DNA of 64,000 bases from a virus. The notes under the pieces are model-generated. The model had not been told where the DNA came from. It saw nothing but the letters and a program-made list of their open reading frames with translations, and did no database searches. The DNA lies in the IMG/VR virus record IMGVR_UViG_3300042558_000825, positions 45,531 to 109,530 of that record. One strand, given 5' to 3'. Below are positions 15,001-22,900 of the stretch, piece after piece. Within the stretch, counting starts at the first letter, position 1, and the number at the start of each line of letters is the position of its first letter. A program made the translations under genes and the position numbers.

Positions 15001-16048
15001 TTGCAGCTCCAGTGCCTGTACCAACACCAGTCGCAATAAATGATTCACCTACTGTGTTAGAAGTTGCACCAATTAACGTAAAATCAGTAGTACCAAGTGT
15101 ATCTATAGTGTAAGTGCTACCAACTTCAAATGAGCCGGCATCAACTAATGATTGTACACCGGTATTATAGAACATTAATGTAAGACCTTCAAGTGAAGTA
15201 ATACCATCTATGCCGTTTTCTAAGCTACTTACTAATACACCGTTAACTTCATCATATGTTAATGTTGATACTACATCTACCCTGTTATTACCGGGAAAAA
15301 TATATTGATCTTGAGCATTTTTAAAAGGTACAGTAAATGTTACAATACCCACTTCTGCTCCGTTATTGTCAACACCTAATACATCACGTGTTTGTACATT
15401 AAGTTGTGTAGGATCAAATCCGGTTACACCCGGTGCGCCTTGAATCCAAAATTGACTATTTTGATTAACACTGAATCTATACGTACCACCACGCAATAAA
15501 GTTAATGATGGGTTAGTAGAACCCTGTGCTTGACCATCTGCTGTTATAAGGTAACCATTAGGGTTACTTACAACAATATAATCAGTAGCATTATAAACAG
15601 TATCAGTACTAACAGTTACCGCTTCAGGACCTTCAGGTATCCAATAGTATTGATTAAAATTAATAATTTTATCTAGGTTAGTAAAACTATCCCATGAATA
15701 GAATTGACTTGTGAATAATCTGTTGTTATCATTAACAACACCACCTTCTAATTCTAATCCATCAATAATACCCGGGTAGCTAATAAAATCTTGTGCAGTG
15801 TTAGTATCTTTTTTAAGGAACGTTACACCCGGATCAAGTTGATAATCAGTTCTTGTTTTGGTAGGTTCAGTAACATAATAATTTTTAGCATTGACTCCAT
15901 AACCAAATCTACTTCCTATATAGCCTTCTATGCGTTTAGTATTAGGCTGGTCTACTATTTGATCCAACGTTGCATTTAAAAATTGACTATTAGTCGGCGT
16001 TTTAAATATTTCAGGTAGAAAATTTAATGTTCTAATTCTTGTTGCCAT
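1..16048 (-). CDS. Giant baseplate/virion structural protein (gp7-like position), >5300 aa, 3' end outside window
   Basis: ATG at 16048 reads MATRIRTLNFLPEIFKTPTNSQFLNATLDQ. The same frame gives coherent protein at spot checks near 8000-8220 and 1-30. The ORF track lists no minus-strand ORF here, as expected if there is no in-window stop. It directly follows gp6 and contains FG-GAP-like and BNR-like propeller repeats. Confidence 0.85.
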   Translation of the reverse strand, partial: MATRIRTLNFLPEIFKTPTNSQFLNATLDQIVDQPNTKRIEGYIGSRFGYGVNAKNYYVTEPTKTRTDYQLDPGVTFLKKDTNTAQDFISYPGIIDGLELEGGVVNDNNRLFTSQFYSWDSFTNLDKIINFNQYYWIPEGPEAVTVSTDTVYNATDYIVVSNPNGYLITADGQAQGSTNPSLTLLRGGTYRFSVNQNSQFWIQGAPGVTGFDPTQLNVQTRDVLGVDNNGAEVGIVTFTVPFKNAQDQYIFPGNNRVDVVSTLTYDEVNGVLVSSLENGIDGITSLEGLTLMFYNTGVQSLVDAGSFEVGSTYTIDTLGTTDFTLIGATSNTVGESFIATGVGTGTGAAIVLTGYISKFFDTTTYDEETPSSGTQTVSTNSGPVTFPVGGAPYTPPGDSTNFANSEGGYYTDISATFYTITYEGDPTDPVIRLVNTGTIPVEEKITANFGTEWIGRTFYRNTSDTVSLIPYMSAILDTLYYQDGTSGNKVGQIRLISSNTTNRIDVLTDIIGKQNYTAPNGVVFTNGLKVIFSGDIYPSSYEGTRFYVEGVGTAIELIPVTDLIAPEPFTSGTYIPFDTTPYDIGNYDINLYIPVTPDYITISRNSIDKNAWSRSNRWFHIDVINATASYNSNPELISLYATSDNKAKRPIIEFYPNLRMFDSGIIGKPPIDFIDFRTTDAPNQVAGQENYYPDVEVYTGYNATINGTTGTSTTITILASNVFSKTGPGTFQIGQYINDSTNILPRNTQITNISGTTTITLTVEWEFSQTIGSTAVASLIANDTNNDSYAVFDGARIVFAADENLNIRNKIYIVRFSTLIPGDSPVITLTQADDGLVLANEQTVAFRGYNYQGMDFYFDGVDWQEAQQKTTVNQPPLFDIFDDNGISFGDSTVYIGTSFAGNKLFAYGIGSGNDDAILGFPLLYSSIDNVGDISFDTSLNSATFNYVSGTTPITQKVNTGYIYNYSDLTTSVRQLGWQTAVGPSVQYQIFEFNYYANNPVTTYTCDIAKLANTDSAWPTIQLFVNNKIQYSTAYTVETTSSQTIVTFTVPDPLVDTVVEILLLSDQVSETAYYSIPSNLNNNPLNADITVVNVGDIRGQYQSSFYNNPNTTGDVFGANNYRDLGNMVPYGNKIIQNSASLVLPGAFLRKQSHNLFNALLYNSREYITFKTLLIDTVNSTDFSTRLSPSTMLDDALDKITASKTDSNSFFWSDMLPSKAAYITNTYSFANALDISIYPLSKVYNFATANYNSVLVYLTNTSGIISQLIRGVDYTVSTDTPSLTVTLDLDPGDQITIKEYNQTYGSYVPNTPTKLGLYPSTIPAVVLDSAYAQPTYFIVGHDGSYNKLYGDYINGILIDFRDQVLFEYEKRVYNNLKLSNVIPVQEYEVLPGFFRETDYSYDEILQIYSSSFLDWVGQNRINYKTQFYNANNEYTYNYNQTGNKINQQVILQGYWRGIYEYFYDTSNPDTSPWEMLGFTDQPSWWATRYGSAPYTSDNLVLWNDLAQGIDWNNGNPIVITQAIRPELLQVLPVDSQGNLVSPFVSIVGNYSNNTLNRDWVVGDVGPAEFSYRRSSSWPFDLMRILALTKPANFFNLGVDVDNYKYNEEFNQYLVNNRSHLIISDVQIYGNGIAKTSYINWVVDYEKQVGIDATNNVSDLLNNIDVRLVYRLAGFSDKNLLKFYVEKSTANSNNSSLLIPDESYQVLLYDNQPFDRITYSGVVIQLTNNGYYKVYGNSQTNAYFKILLPKINGNYDRVSVQGLSVQLAKDYYTTPTVVSYGTEFYTIQEVAQFLEGYGRYLASQGVLFDQIESGLEVSWRQMVAEYLYWAQTGWESGSIVNINPAATLISINKDSYIVQPLTLQRQNFVLNQNLYPIQSTDLSIIRDGTAFTAQPLNQGDTIAYGQFNISNFEHGIVFDNVTVFDDVIYNLATGLRQSRITVRGTKTAEWNGTIDAQGFILNQDNILDWDKTVKYTTGSIVKYKNKYWIATTIIQPKQLFEEREWKQTDYNEIQKGLLPNTSTRSFESTIYYDVNRANLENDADLLSFSLIGYRPRDYLALADLTDITQINVYKNFIKNKGTLNAASAFKGANLPQGGIDYDIYENWAIKSGEFGGVLNSNFIDFKLNQSLLTGNPSIVGLTNGISTDGVQQEVPLYSLYNYGRPVNSTDVLPLLPTNTPSYLLPDAGYANFNDMRIAAYYYTNLPTSTSPRGVLTPLSQLYVGQYIWLADYQGTWQVMTPVSLGQVIFAKNNLNGTATITFNNPHGLTKYQPFAVVNFNDSLNGYYIVNTVIDLNSVLVNVTLAPSITSIFGQGIGFKFQSQRVATPNDIIDLPLLNTEFVKTKVWVDTNNDGDWAVYRKSINYGYDSELIKNGSETFGSAVAYTDTLGYLIGDADAGVAYRYSYNTLFDRYELLQTITSSSSFGTTIAYANDIFVISQPTGTPAVYVYQLVVSITVDELQSLQSAIAAPVGVTEWGKAIAISGDANWLYISAVTSSTSLVYVYRYSTITEEYEYSTTINLGLTNDDNFGYSIATDYYGDTVVIGTPDKNYDGSIENWGYTYVYDRTVQNVESQFTSLPDVPQTFTLAWTPTTVTQTATAIDGSTERITVTSSAGFSVGDPVVFSTGTNAGYFAIGETYTITSVGTTNFVAIGASANTIGQTFVATGAGTGTGTANSTGLLSSGAISANTVYYILDKPTGTTFRITTSRGSVVPINLTSSTGSMTCSIQITPLLITVNGTIITDNNYAVIDSTLYVYSSLNAGDIINVSGNNFVLCQTLTTETTPKIGVQFGNSVDTNTYATEILVGAPFELNSQNQEGAVYRYTNGGGKYGMIIGTSDCAITTTRIILINGYIVTLTAGNASTVANIINQANITNVQASEQLDNLGIPTGKLIISLINTALASVNDKLNVTVLNTSTWAELGFNTYTQTQIITDPHIQGTTQFGNVVKFNEFNSFVVSAPTATRYQATTFDSTDDEDYDNDTLFDNNATQWVDTYRNAGAVYMFDYLSVYNESLANCGNFVYAQSTNDINETYGSQPMFGHAIDFNASHVVIGTPNFKPDTIAGQLITYINATGTPDWSVYRNSNPVVDTNRIQNIQLYSAITNNTLDNLDYIDPLQGKILGSVRQNIDVISNVDPAGYNSPNINKGAMVWGAVQIGQIWFNTSTTRFVNYHQNDIVYDSKWWGQVFPGSDVTVYSWITSDVPPISYAGPGTVFDVESYAIEYTLNASGVLTPVYYYWVRNTNIIFTKTGKTLADSIIQSYIASPINSGISYFAPLEQDIYGLYNCGDNINANDTVLHIGFSTGTNDDVSHSLYNLIRTNYADDFLPGLPTTNGLDVPESLYDRMLDSLCGVDESGGVVPDPYLPKPVQYGIYARPRQSFFVNRFLALKNYLTYANDVLAQYPITETRNASFLNTQNPTIIETIVAGNCQANVTYTIVTVGDVNWTSIGAASNTAGITFIATGPATGSSRNTGTASFLAFAEGAKYNTTDYWNYINWWATGYDNNTKSALQVPIYADLATIDATPGLIVTVTTNGDGKSEVYVYTNLNMWERIGLQDGTIEFSSDLWDYSTARLGFGDNFFDTTPYDTYPSQETRSIVRALNEEIYTNELLLYRNKSLVLLFEYIQSETIESQNYLPWLNKTSFIDVGHTIRELLPLEVFRSDNQDFLAGYINEVKPYHVVIKEFLFKYTGSELYAGTITDFDLPSQYNTDVQQFITPELVYSNPSAINQYLPTDPIWQTSAYKEWFNNYGLSITGVNDYQITVLASYISLNSGSFAVDNAYGFPINGTILIGDELIGYAGVDRSNNTLFGLTRGVDGTPISVHIPGEIITIDLPAVLLLNGGRAYNEPPRITAYIDTSIYPEPRRPAILQAVMNLDSILRIDVIDPGDGYVVLPEIVIDPSIGLPFTSTDVDTFTNTIILPLPLLQTGDLIKYTIGTDTTAVGGLEVNQYYYVNVLESTPTFNIALYTTYRDAINDTDRVVLYTTGTGSNNLLSISARASCVSTAVPIRENKIALRFDRTSYTSELSDWQSGQFYGSFYAGLYNNSVRISSSSITLESTQPSIDTILASAQGAVFEIEGVTNDQTLNWSSRTRNVVSTTGGTSDIITIAPSTGGAPDEGGVGPTTGFYVDMPIKFQGAVGNSLLVNGTTYYVKTILNDTDITISAAIGGGTFNLNTATISSAGLLLYVGEVTNTAVVTLFYPGILNTTNTTAVTNTITIPLTGSGLGGTTGFYTNLPIFFTGSVFGGIIENEEYYVTTVVNSTTFTMSTVQDPLIINVTGVIASTDYITCTGTLGLSINDPIIFTDMVISGSVVSDFGNLISGTTYYVRAVIDSNNFQVSTVINGGAFNLGPSNVTGTCLGTDQKNIVQLTTATGSMICNVGLPVSPGQITGQQFTFYPTSSTYTGLIGTDSNLLVRTIDNALANGDYLSVTTTSGGLTNIYNNMPVEFASNYGGLTGGTTYWIVANGIVETTVTSTSAGNVLTCTSTAGFYNEMPVTFTGTGLGGVVLDTTYYIIDTIVSPITSTQFKISNVPGGTEVDLTGENGTMGITGQPYIKVSASLGGGEFPLTDTSANVTMTQAPTLVPEFDVSWVLGGYSVNIADAGEGYAINNTITILGTALAGTTPANDLVMTVNTIDTNGEILSVICAGTPNETVEQYYLKVISATECEVYSDPLLQIPVSGIDFPYTAGDYTLLPEPFYFNQSIVKYNNRVYQCIVSNNDTEFIFGKWELLSSDSRKLNALDRIMGYYQPTANMPGLDLTQLVEGITYPNSTYQGNAFPPADEYTLDTILQDQAFSPVEVDTASILFDGVTYIGSANTPTYSLIINSVNGTSWPSNKLSEQPVGLSDIGYFNGKYIITSTNTATPIFISTDGESWATTGLVDGTVSIDSTQLYSVSYLNGKYIATGNNIVSSTDGYNWIEVYNFYGSILYGISGITINNFNGFVAVGYGPDYSVIPTITQSVVLNSLDGITWTNITPFGSAETLYGVTSGNNTIIIVGDNGTIFTSINSSNWVNVGTGSYNLKDVAYSSDLGLFVIVGQAGAILTSSDDGVTWTDVTDSDITTENLNGITWNNIDNEFVIAGNNNVILQSADGITWINVGVFDTLPTIYDVQGDPFMSGYGPEELVPGVVSDNLTMIVTTRPGTNWDVETYQHVGYNVVSTQITPTVGQLTFSFDNLVEFPAQLSVFQVDSVTGLSTRLYSPSSFTVDWLVKTITLPSSLPAGDSLVVEVYEVGNGDQLEKSNSQTDPIRINTVTGFNEINLNCNFTATRSSGSGVIRPGTEPINVIATETDSTDNTILCENVAYFTLNDQIIFQGDVFGGIVADTHYYVKTISTVTNKITISDVIT

Positions 16049-16073
16049 TATTTCTCTCTATGTTATATAGTAC

Positions 16074-19000
16074 TTATCTTATTTGTAATTGAGCTGGTGT
16101 AAGTGCCGCAATCACTACCACATCATTTGCTGTCGCACCATTTGCAAATATTTCGTAAGGAGCAGATTTAATTTCATATAAATCTCCAAAACTCATTGTA
16201 GGATCATTCGGCACTAATACTGCTGAACTAATTAATTCACCAACTTGGGCATGTAAGTATGCACTTAATTCACTAAAGTAAAAAGTGTCACCAAAATTCC
16301 AATTATTAATATCAAAGTATGCATTCATTGCAGAAAGAACGGCACTGCGAATTTCACTATCACTGGCATTAGTATTATTTGCTCTAATGACTTTAACAGT
16401 TGCTCTTAATAGTTCAGGAGCTTTAGGTCCAAATAATGGCAAAAATACTACGCTATTTAATATAACACTATCACTTAACATTTTGTAATCATTTAATGAA
16501 CCATATGATTGTGATAGTTCATTGATTGTAGGTTTATCTGGCATTGGTACTGTATCAGTAATATCTTGTAACCAATTTTGATAAGCAGTATAATAGGATT
16601 GTGTTACTAGATATAAATCAATAATATTTGTAGTAGCTGGATCAATACGTGTAGTGTTATTACTATTATGACGATATTGGAATTGCAATCCTTGACGTCC
16701 CGGTTTCATAATATATTGAGGTTGTTCTGTTACAACATAATAAAGAGTATTGACTGTTTGGTCTTGAATAGTTCTATAAAATAAATTATCACTGTATGCA
16801 TAAAATAATTGACCTTCTGGGTACTCATATTTAACTACTTCAATTTGAGTCTTAGTGGGGTATTGGTATACCACGGTACTTGATGCTATCAATTGATAAC
16901 GTGAAAGATTAATAGCATCTTGTATAAGTTCAAAGAAAGTATAAACACCTATATTAGTATTACCAGTTACATAACCAGTAACTTCAGTAAAGAAATCTGG
17001 ATTACTAACAAGTGTTCTATCATTAACATCTATGCTTGCAATTTCTACTTCAAAGTCATTAATATAACCGTCACTCTCTACTGTTTGACCAATGATACTA
17101 GTAGATACAGGTGCAGCCAATGCATAGTTACTATTAAATTGTGTATTAGTTGCTAATACTTTAACAAAGTCTTGTAATATTTTTCCACTAAACGGATCAT
17201 ATACTAGTTTGCCAGTTTCAAACGTAAAACGTGTATCAGCCACACTACCAAAGTAATATGTTAATGAGCGATATGATATACTGTAACGGTTGTTACCTGA
17301 ACTTAAAAAGTTTATAAAATAGTTACTAGCATTATATGCACCTATACTCCAACGATCTTGTGCTATAGTTAAACTGTTATCAAATATTAAACTAAAACTT
17401 TGATTAAGTTCCATTCTAACAACGCATTCTTGTATTACAATGTTAGGGAGTGAGTTATCAAATGCAGGTAATATAGTAGTTACTATTGCACCTTGTGGTA
17501 CATATCCGTTTAATGTTACTGGCCCAGTACCATTACTGAATGCGCCCTCACCGTTATTATAACCATCACCCACTACATTTAATACGGTAGTCCATATATA
17601 AGTTTTGTCAGATGGGCTTGCAATACCTGCTATTAAACGGTTTGTTTCACTAAAATAATATCCACTAGGTGCAACAAATTTAATCATTGCTCCTTTTGTA
17701 GCGTATTTCATATTATGAGTAGAGTACGTTCCAATTGGGATAGGAGTATTATCACTACCATTAATATTGTAGAAATAACCAGTTAAACTATTAGCATCAA
17801 CTGTTTGTTCTTCCCAATATACTGTTCCATCACCTGATGCTGTATTAACACTATATCGTGTATAGTTTTGTATATAATATTGTCTTGCACGATTATCTGC
17901 TAATAGAACAGCTAATGAGTCTGTTAAAAAAGTAATAATATCGCCGGTGGTAGTAATTGTTAATAATGTATTACCATTAGTACTATCTTGGTACATGCCA
18001 CCATCACTAGCAAATGAATTCGTGCTGGAGTATTTTCCGGTTGGGTCTAACAAGTCTAAGTTTTTTGATACACCAACAGAACTACGGTTAATAGCTTTGC
18101 TTTTAATAATAGAACTGTATAATGTATATGGGAAATTGTTGTAATCTTCTCCATTAACCATTCTGTTCTGGGTGTAGTAGCGGGAAGGGGCACGTTGTTT
18201 AATGTTTGATAATGTTTCTCTTGCCTGTGCGTTTGACACCGGTGTCTGTAATTCTAATCCTAATGTAAGTGTTTCTGTTCGTCCTACCCTACTAATATAA
18301 CTTAATGTAACTGATAGATTTTGCATCTCAGTTGGATCAATAGTATATGTCAATGCATTACCTGCACGTACATATGCTCTAAATGTTCCTACTGGAATCT
18401 CGGAAAATACTCCATCACCGAAAACGTAACTAACTTGGTCATTGAATCTAGAGCCTACAGAAAATATTCTGCGAACACTATTCTCTGTTTGTAAATATGC
18501 ATCTGCATAAACATTCTCTACTTGATTCCATAATGTTCTAGTAGTTGTTGAACTGTTGTCAGTACTCAACTGATATAACCATGTATCTGTATTGTTGATA
18601 CCCTGAATATCAATATCAACTACTTGATTTGCAATTTGTTGTGCTAAATTGAAATCAAAATTCTGCAAGATTCCTTGTTTAAAATAAAAGAAGAAACCTG
18701 TATTTGGACTACCATAACCCAATTTATCATTACGGTAAGCCATGTTCATTCTACCACTTGGTGCAGGTGGAATCTCATAAACATAATCTTCATTTAATGT
18801 GGTTGAACTAACTAATTCAAAATTCATTGATTGGTTATCTACTACTGCAGTAAATGGTACAATTGGTAATGTAGTTGGTGGAATATTAATAGCATACTCA
18901 TCTGTTTTAATACCAGATATCTGTGCAGTATTACCTGGACGTCCAATACGTTGTGTATTAATTAAAGTAGCATTGATAATTGTATTAAATTGTTCTAACC

Positions 19001-19454
19001 AATTAACGTTAGCAGGATCATTCCACAATACAGTTTGATTACTTAAATTAAAACCATTTAAGTCTGTGATATTTTCACTTGTTTGAATGCTTACTACTTT
19101 GATATAGCCTTGGCCAGCAAGATTACGTTTAGGAGTATAGCTAACTAGGTTGGCTAGTTTAACAACACTATCTCTACGTTCGGCAGTATCAATAAAGTTT
19201 TCACGTGCATTTAAATCACTACGGAAAGCTAGACCTTGACCCATAAAGGCCATAACGTCCATTAATGCAATGAATTCACTTGATTCAATGTAATCGTTAA
19301 AAGTTTCCGGATAGTAAACACGTAGATAGTCAATAAAACTTTTACGTAGTGTTTCATAGTCATATGAACGGAAATCGGCTTCACGGAAGGTTTGATAGAT
19401 TGCCTTCCAATCGTTGACGCCGAATAATGCTGATTGTCGTGAGCTGGTTGCCAT
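16074..19454 (-). CDS. gp6: Baseplate wedge subunit (T4 gp6-like)
   Basis: N-terminal DFRSYDYETLRKSFIDYL...FNDYIESSEFIALMD...ARENFIDTAERRDSVVKLA and the motif TQNRMVNGEDY are typical of gp6/baseplate J family. Adjacent to gp25. Confidence 0.85.
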   Translation of the reverse strand: MATSSRQSALFGVNDWKAIYQTFREADFRSYDYETLRKSFIDYLRVYYPETFNDYIESSEFIALMDVMAFMGQGLAFRSDLNARENFIDTAERRDSVVKLANLVSYTPKRNLAGQGYIKVVSIQTSENITDLNGFNLSNQTVLWNDPANVNWLEQFNTIINATLINTQRIGRPGNTAQISGIKTDEYAINIPPTTLPIVPFTAVVDNQSMNFELVSSTTLNEDYVYEIPPAPSGRMNMAYRNDKLGYGSPNTGFFFYFKQGILQNFDFNLAQQIANQVVDIDIQGINNTDTWLYQLSTDNSSTTTRTLWNQVENVYADAYLQTENSVRRIFSVGSRFNDQVSYVFGDGVFSEIPVGTFRAYVRAGNALTYTIDPTEMQNLSVTLSYISRVGRTETLTLGLELQTPVSNAQARETLSNIKQRAPSRYYTQNRMVNGEDYNNFPYTLYSSIIKSKAINRSSVGVSKNLDLLDPTGKYSSTNSFASDGGMYQDSTNGNTLLTITTTGDIITFLTDSLAVLLADNRARQYYIQNYTRYSVNTASGDGTVYWEEQTVDANSLTGYFYNINGSDNTPIPIGTYSTHNMKYATKGAMIKFVAPSGYYFSETNRLIAGIASPSDKTYIWTTVLNVVGDGYNNGEGAFSNGTGPVTLNGYVPQGAIVTTILPAFDNSLPNIVIQECVVRMELNQSFSLIFDNSLTIAQDRWSIGAYNASNYFINFLSSGNNRYSISYRSLTYYFGSVADTRFTFETGKLVYDPFSGKILQDFVKVLATNTQFNSNYALAAPVSTSIIGQTVESDGYINDFEVEIASIDVNDRTLVSNPDFFTEVTGYVTGNTNIGVYTFFELIQDAINLSRYQLIASSTVVYQYPTKTQIEVVKYEYPEGQLFYAYSDNLFYRTIQDQTVNTLYYVVTEQPQYIMKPGRQGLQFQYRHNSNNTTRIDPATTNIIDLYLVTQSYYTAYQNWLQDITDTVPMPDKPTINELSQSYGSLNDYKMLSDSVILNSVVFLPLFGPKAPELLRATVKVIRANNTNASDSEIRSAVLSAMNAYFDINNWNFGDTFYFSELSAYLHAQVGELISSAVLVPNDPTMSFGDLYEIKSAPYEIFANGATANDVVVIAALTPAQLQIR

Positions 19455-19508
19455 AGTGGTATTCTCTTTTAAGTATTTATCTTAAATGAAAACACCACTT
19501 TTGGAAGA

Positions 19509-19958
19509 TTACTGAATTACTGCAGTATTTGTACTATTATTGAAGAAAACACTAAGCATTTCTGCATTATTAAACGGAGTAACCGCTAATTCTACTTCAA
19601 TTAATATGCCGTTTTCTTGAGGGTAAGCACTAACAGTATTAACTATCATTCTTGGATCTTGATTAGCAACTCGTCTAATTTCAGTCTCTAATTTGTTTTG
19701 AACATCAAACGTATTTGGTTCAAAAACAAAACTCCAAAGAGTAGTTCCATATGCAGGATTCCCTACTTTTTGACCCTGTTGTATATTCAATGCGTTAATG
19801 AAATCTTGAATTACAAGTTGTCGGTCAACTAATCTATACTTTTTACCAGGAATAACTGGTTGTACCATAGAACCTACACCACCTGCAATACCTGCTGGTA
19901 AATTAGTAGATCGGGGCTTGTTAGCGTTAATTGTACTGAAACCAATATATGATGGCAT
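19509..19958 (-). CDS. gp25: Baseplate wedge subunit / sheath initiator (gp25-like)
   Basis: GQKVGNPAYGTTLWSFVFEP...IRRVANQDPR matches the GPW/gp25 family pattern. Synteny between gp5-like and gp6. Confidence 0.85.
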   Translation of the reverse strand: MPSYIGFSTINANKPRSTNLPAGIAGGVGSMVQPVIPGKKYRLVDRQLVIQDFINALNIQQGQKVGNPAYGTTLWSFVFEPNTFDVQNKLETEIRRVANQDPRMIVNTVSAYPQENGILIEVELAVTPFNNAEMLSVFFNNSTNTAVIQ

Positions 19959-19977
19959 GTTTTATCCTATACTATAT

Positions 19978-22900
19978 TTATGCTTTATTTGCTATGGCAC
20001 TTATCTTGTCTGTAATATCACCAAATGCTTTAACTTCTGCTATATACGTTTGTTTGGCAATATCTATTGCCGGGTCACCGGGTGGTAAATTATCTCTTGC
20101 TTGCACAAAAGCATCACGTGCTTGTCTAACTTTCTTTTGTTGTTCGTCTTTTTCAACAACCAATGCTTGTTGTTGTTTAACTAGTTCGTTTAATCTATCA
20201 GATTCAGCTTTTATTGAAGAACTAAGTCCTCCGTAATTTGGCGCTGGTATTTTAGAATTACCTAATAGACTAGTAACTTGTGCAGTTAGTTCACTACGAT
20301 CATTTGTATTAATAGCAACTGTAGGTAGCTTGATAGGTACTGCACCACCTGAACTCATTGAGCTTATTGCTGAATTTAATTGTGCGGCTGCTCCAGCTGG
20401 TAATCCTGCACTCGCTAATGAAGCCAATGATAGTTTACCACTCTTTAAATCATCTAATCCTTTTGTTAATGCTCCGGCAGCGCCAGTAGCCGCAGTTAAT
20501 ATACCCGAAGATGCTAACGGGTTGACTGATGCTAAATTAGATATACCATTAGTAATAGATGAAGCTTGACCAATTAACCCTGTAACTGCACTAACTCCTG
20601 GTACACTATTAATTGCACCAACTGCATTGTTAACCACAGAAGCAACTACACTAGCACCACCGGGTAATGCTCCTAATCCAGTAGATAGATTTGCTGTTAT
20701 CCCCGATGCTGTTTTTAATAATCCACTGGCTGCACCTGTTACTGCCCCCAATGCACCAGTTATTCCTCCGGTAACAGCACCTATTGCTCCGGTTATTCCA
20801 CCTGTTACTGCACTCAATGCACCTGCTATTCCGCCGGCTGATGGTGCTTGTGCTGCCGCTTGTGCTTTTTCAGTAATTTCTTTAATATTTTGCGGGACAC
20901 CTGCGGTTAATGTCGGGAATGCACCAGTTATTGCGGCAAATGCACTACCTGCAACACCTTTAGCACTATCTAATAATCCGGCTATACCAGCAACAGCGCC
21001 TTTAGCCATTCCACCTAATGCACCTGCAATACTACTTAAACCACCAGTAACTGTACTTGCTAAGTTACCAGCAAAATTACCAGCTGACACTAGGCTACTA
21101 GCTGAACCTAATACACTATTCAATGCTCCAGTAGCGGCTCCAACTACATTTGATATTGCACCATTAACTGCTCCTGTTACTGCGCTAGCGGCATTGCTAA
21201 CTAAATTAACAGTATTTTGTACGCCTGCTGTAGCCGCTGACATTACTAAACCTGCAATTGATGCACCTGATTCTTTTCCAGTAATTAAACCAGTTGATGT
21301 TAATGCAGATTGTGCTTGGGTGAATGTAGCAACTTGTGTAACAACTTGAGCTACAGGGTTGTTGACATAACTAGTTAAGTTTTCTGCTACTTTACCCGTA
21401 AATAAATTTGGTGTTAATGCTTGTTGAATTGTTTTTCCACCTTGTATTAAATTGTTAACCAATGCGGCTGAACCTGGTTTAATAACTCCGCCTGCTTCCA
21501 TTTGCGCAGGACTTTGTGCCATAGCACCCACTGCCGCAACTGCGCCTTGAGCGGTTTCCACAACACCGGCCCCTAATTTAACTGCGGCGGCTGCTGGACC
21601 AGTTGCAGCCAATGTAGATATTTGACCAACCATTGTTCCTGTTGTGTTTTTATCTAATGCCGCACTGATTGCTGATGAAGGAGGAACTGTAGAGGCAACT
21701 GCAACACTTACTGGAGTAGTTGGTGCGCCTGCACTTGCATTTGCTGCCGCTACAGCTGGACTAGGAGCAGAGGGTAATGCCGCACTAGCATTGTTGTTAA
21801 CTTTAACATCTACCCCTTGATTAGCACTAGCCCATGGTGCATGAGCAGGTGCTCTACTTACAATACTTAATAATTTTCCTGGTGCCGCTGCCCAACCTTT
21901 AGTAGCATCATTTAATGTATCGGTATGTGCTGTTATCGGCAGTGGTTTGACTTCTTGTGGAATTAAACTTGATGCCCCTGTATTTAAATTAATCTTACTA
22001 CCATTAAAATATGTTATAGCATCACTATAAAATGATGAATCGGCTGCACTTGCAAAACTCATCTTACCATCTACTTTGGTAGTGTACTGTCCAGAAGCAT
22101 ATAAACTAAAATCTGTTCCAACTTTCTGTGTGGTTTCTTTCTCACTGCTGATGGCAATAGTATCTGCACTGATGTTTAATTGTTTACCTGCATTAATATT
22201 AATATTGTTATCAGCATGTAGATTTAAATCACCTTGTGTCCTTACATTGAATGAGTTAGTAGAGTACATATCTATTGTACCTTCTTTGCCTAACTCAATG
22301 TAACTTTGCCCATTGGCGTGAATAATGAATAGTGTTTGACCATCATCACTCATTAATATTTGATGTCCTAAACTACTACGTAATCTTACTAATTGGTCTT
22401 TACCCAATATATCTCCGTCATCCATTACTAGTGTGTGACCACCTCTACGTGCAACGACTTTTAATCCGGTTGGTTTCTCGCTAGTAGCGGCATTAGCAAT
22501 TGTTTCATCAGTGAAACCACCTTCATATATAGGTCTGCCCGGTGTACTGACACCCCATCCAACCCTTGATGGAGTTTCACGTTGGGCGCTTGATCCAATA
22601 ACACCTCTAATAGGATCTCTAATTAAACCCTGTTGTGATAATATACTAGCGACATAACTATGCACGGGTTTTGCATCAGTTAAAAATTTATTACTGTTTG
22701 CTAACCCTGCATTATTAGTATTAAGATTAGTTACTGGTAATCTGACGGCGCCACCTAATCCTTTTGCTTCACCTGCATTTGCTACAATGTTATCTGTACC
22801 ACCGATTGCTGGTACCATTTGTAATGCTTCGGGTTGCGGAACACATCCTATCCAAAATCCATAATTAGGATCACCGTTAATGAATATACATATAACAGTT

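Noticed and set aside
732-15979. Short plus-strand ORFs from the track
   Set aside because: All lie antisense to the continuous minus-strand megaprotein.
20627-21349. 240 aa plus-strand ORF inside the gp5-like gene
   Set aside because: Antisense mirror of the Ala/Gly-rich tract.
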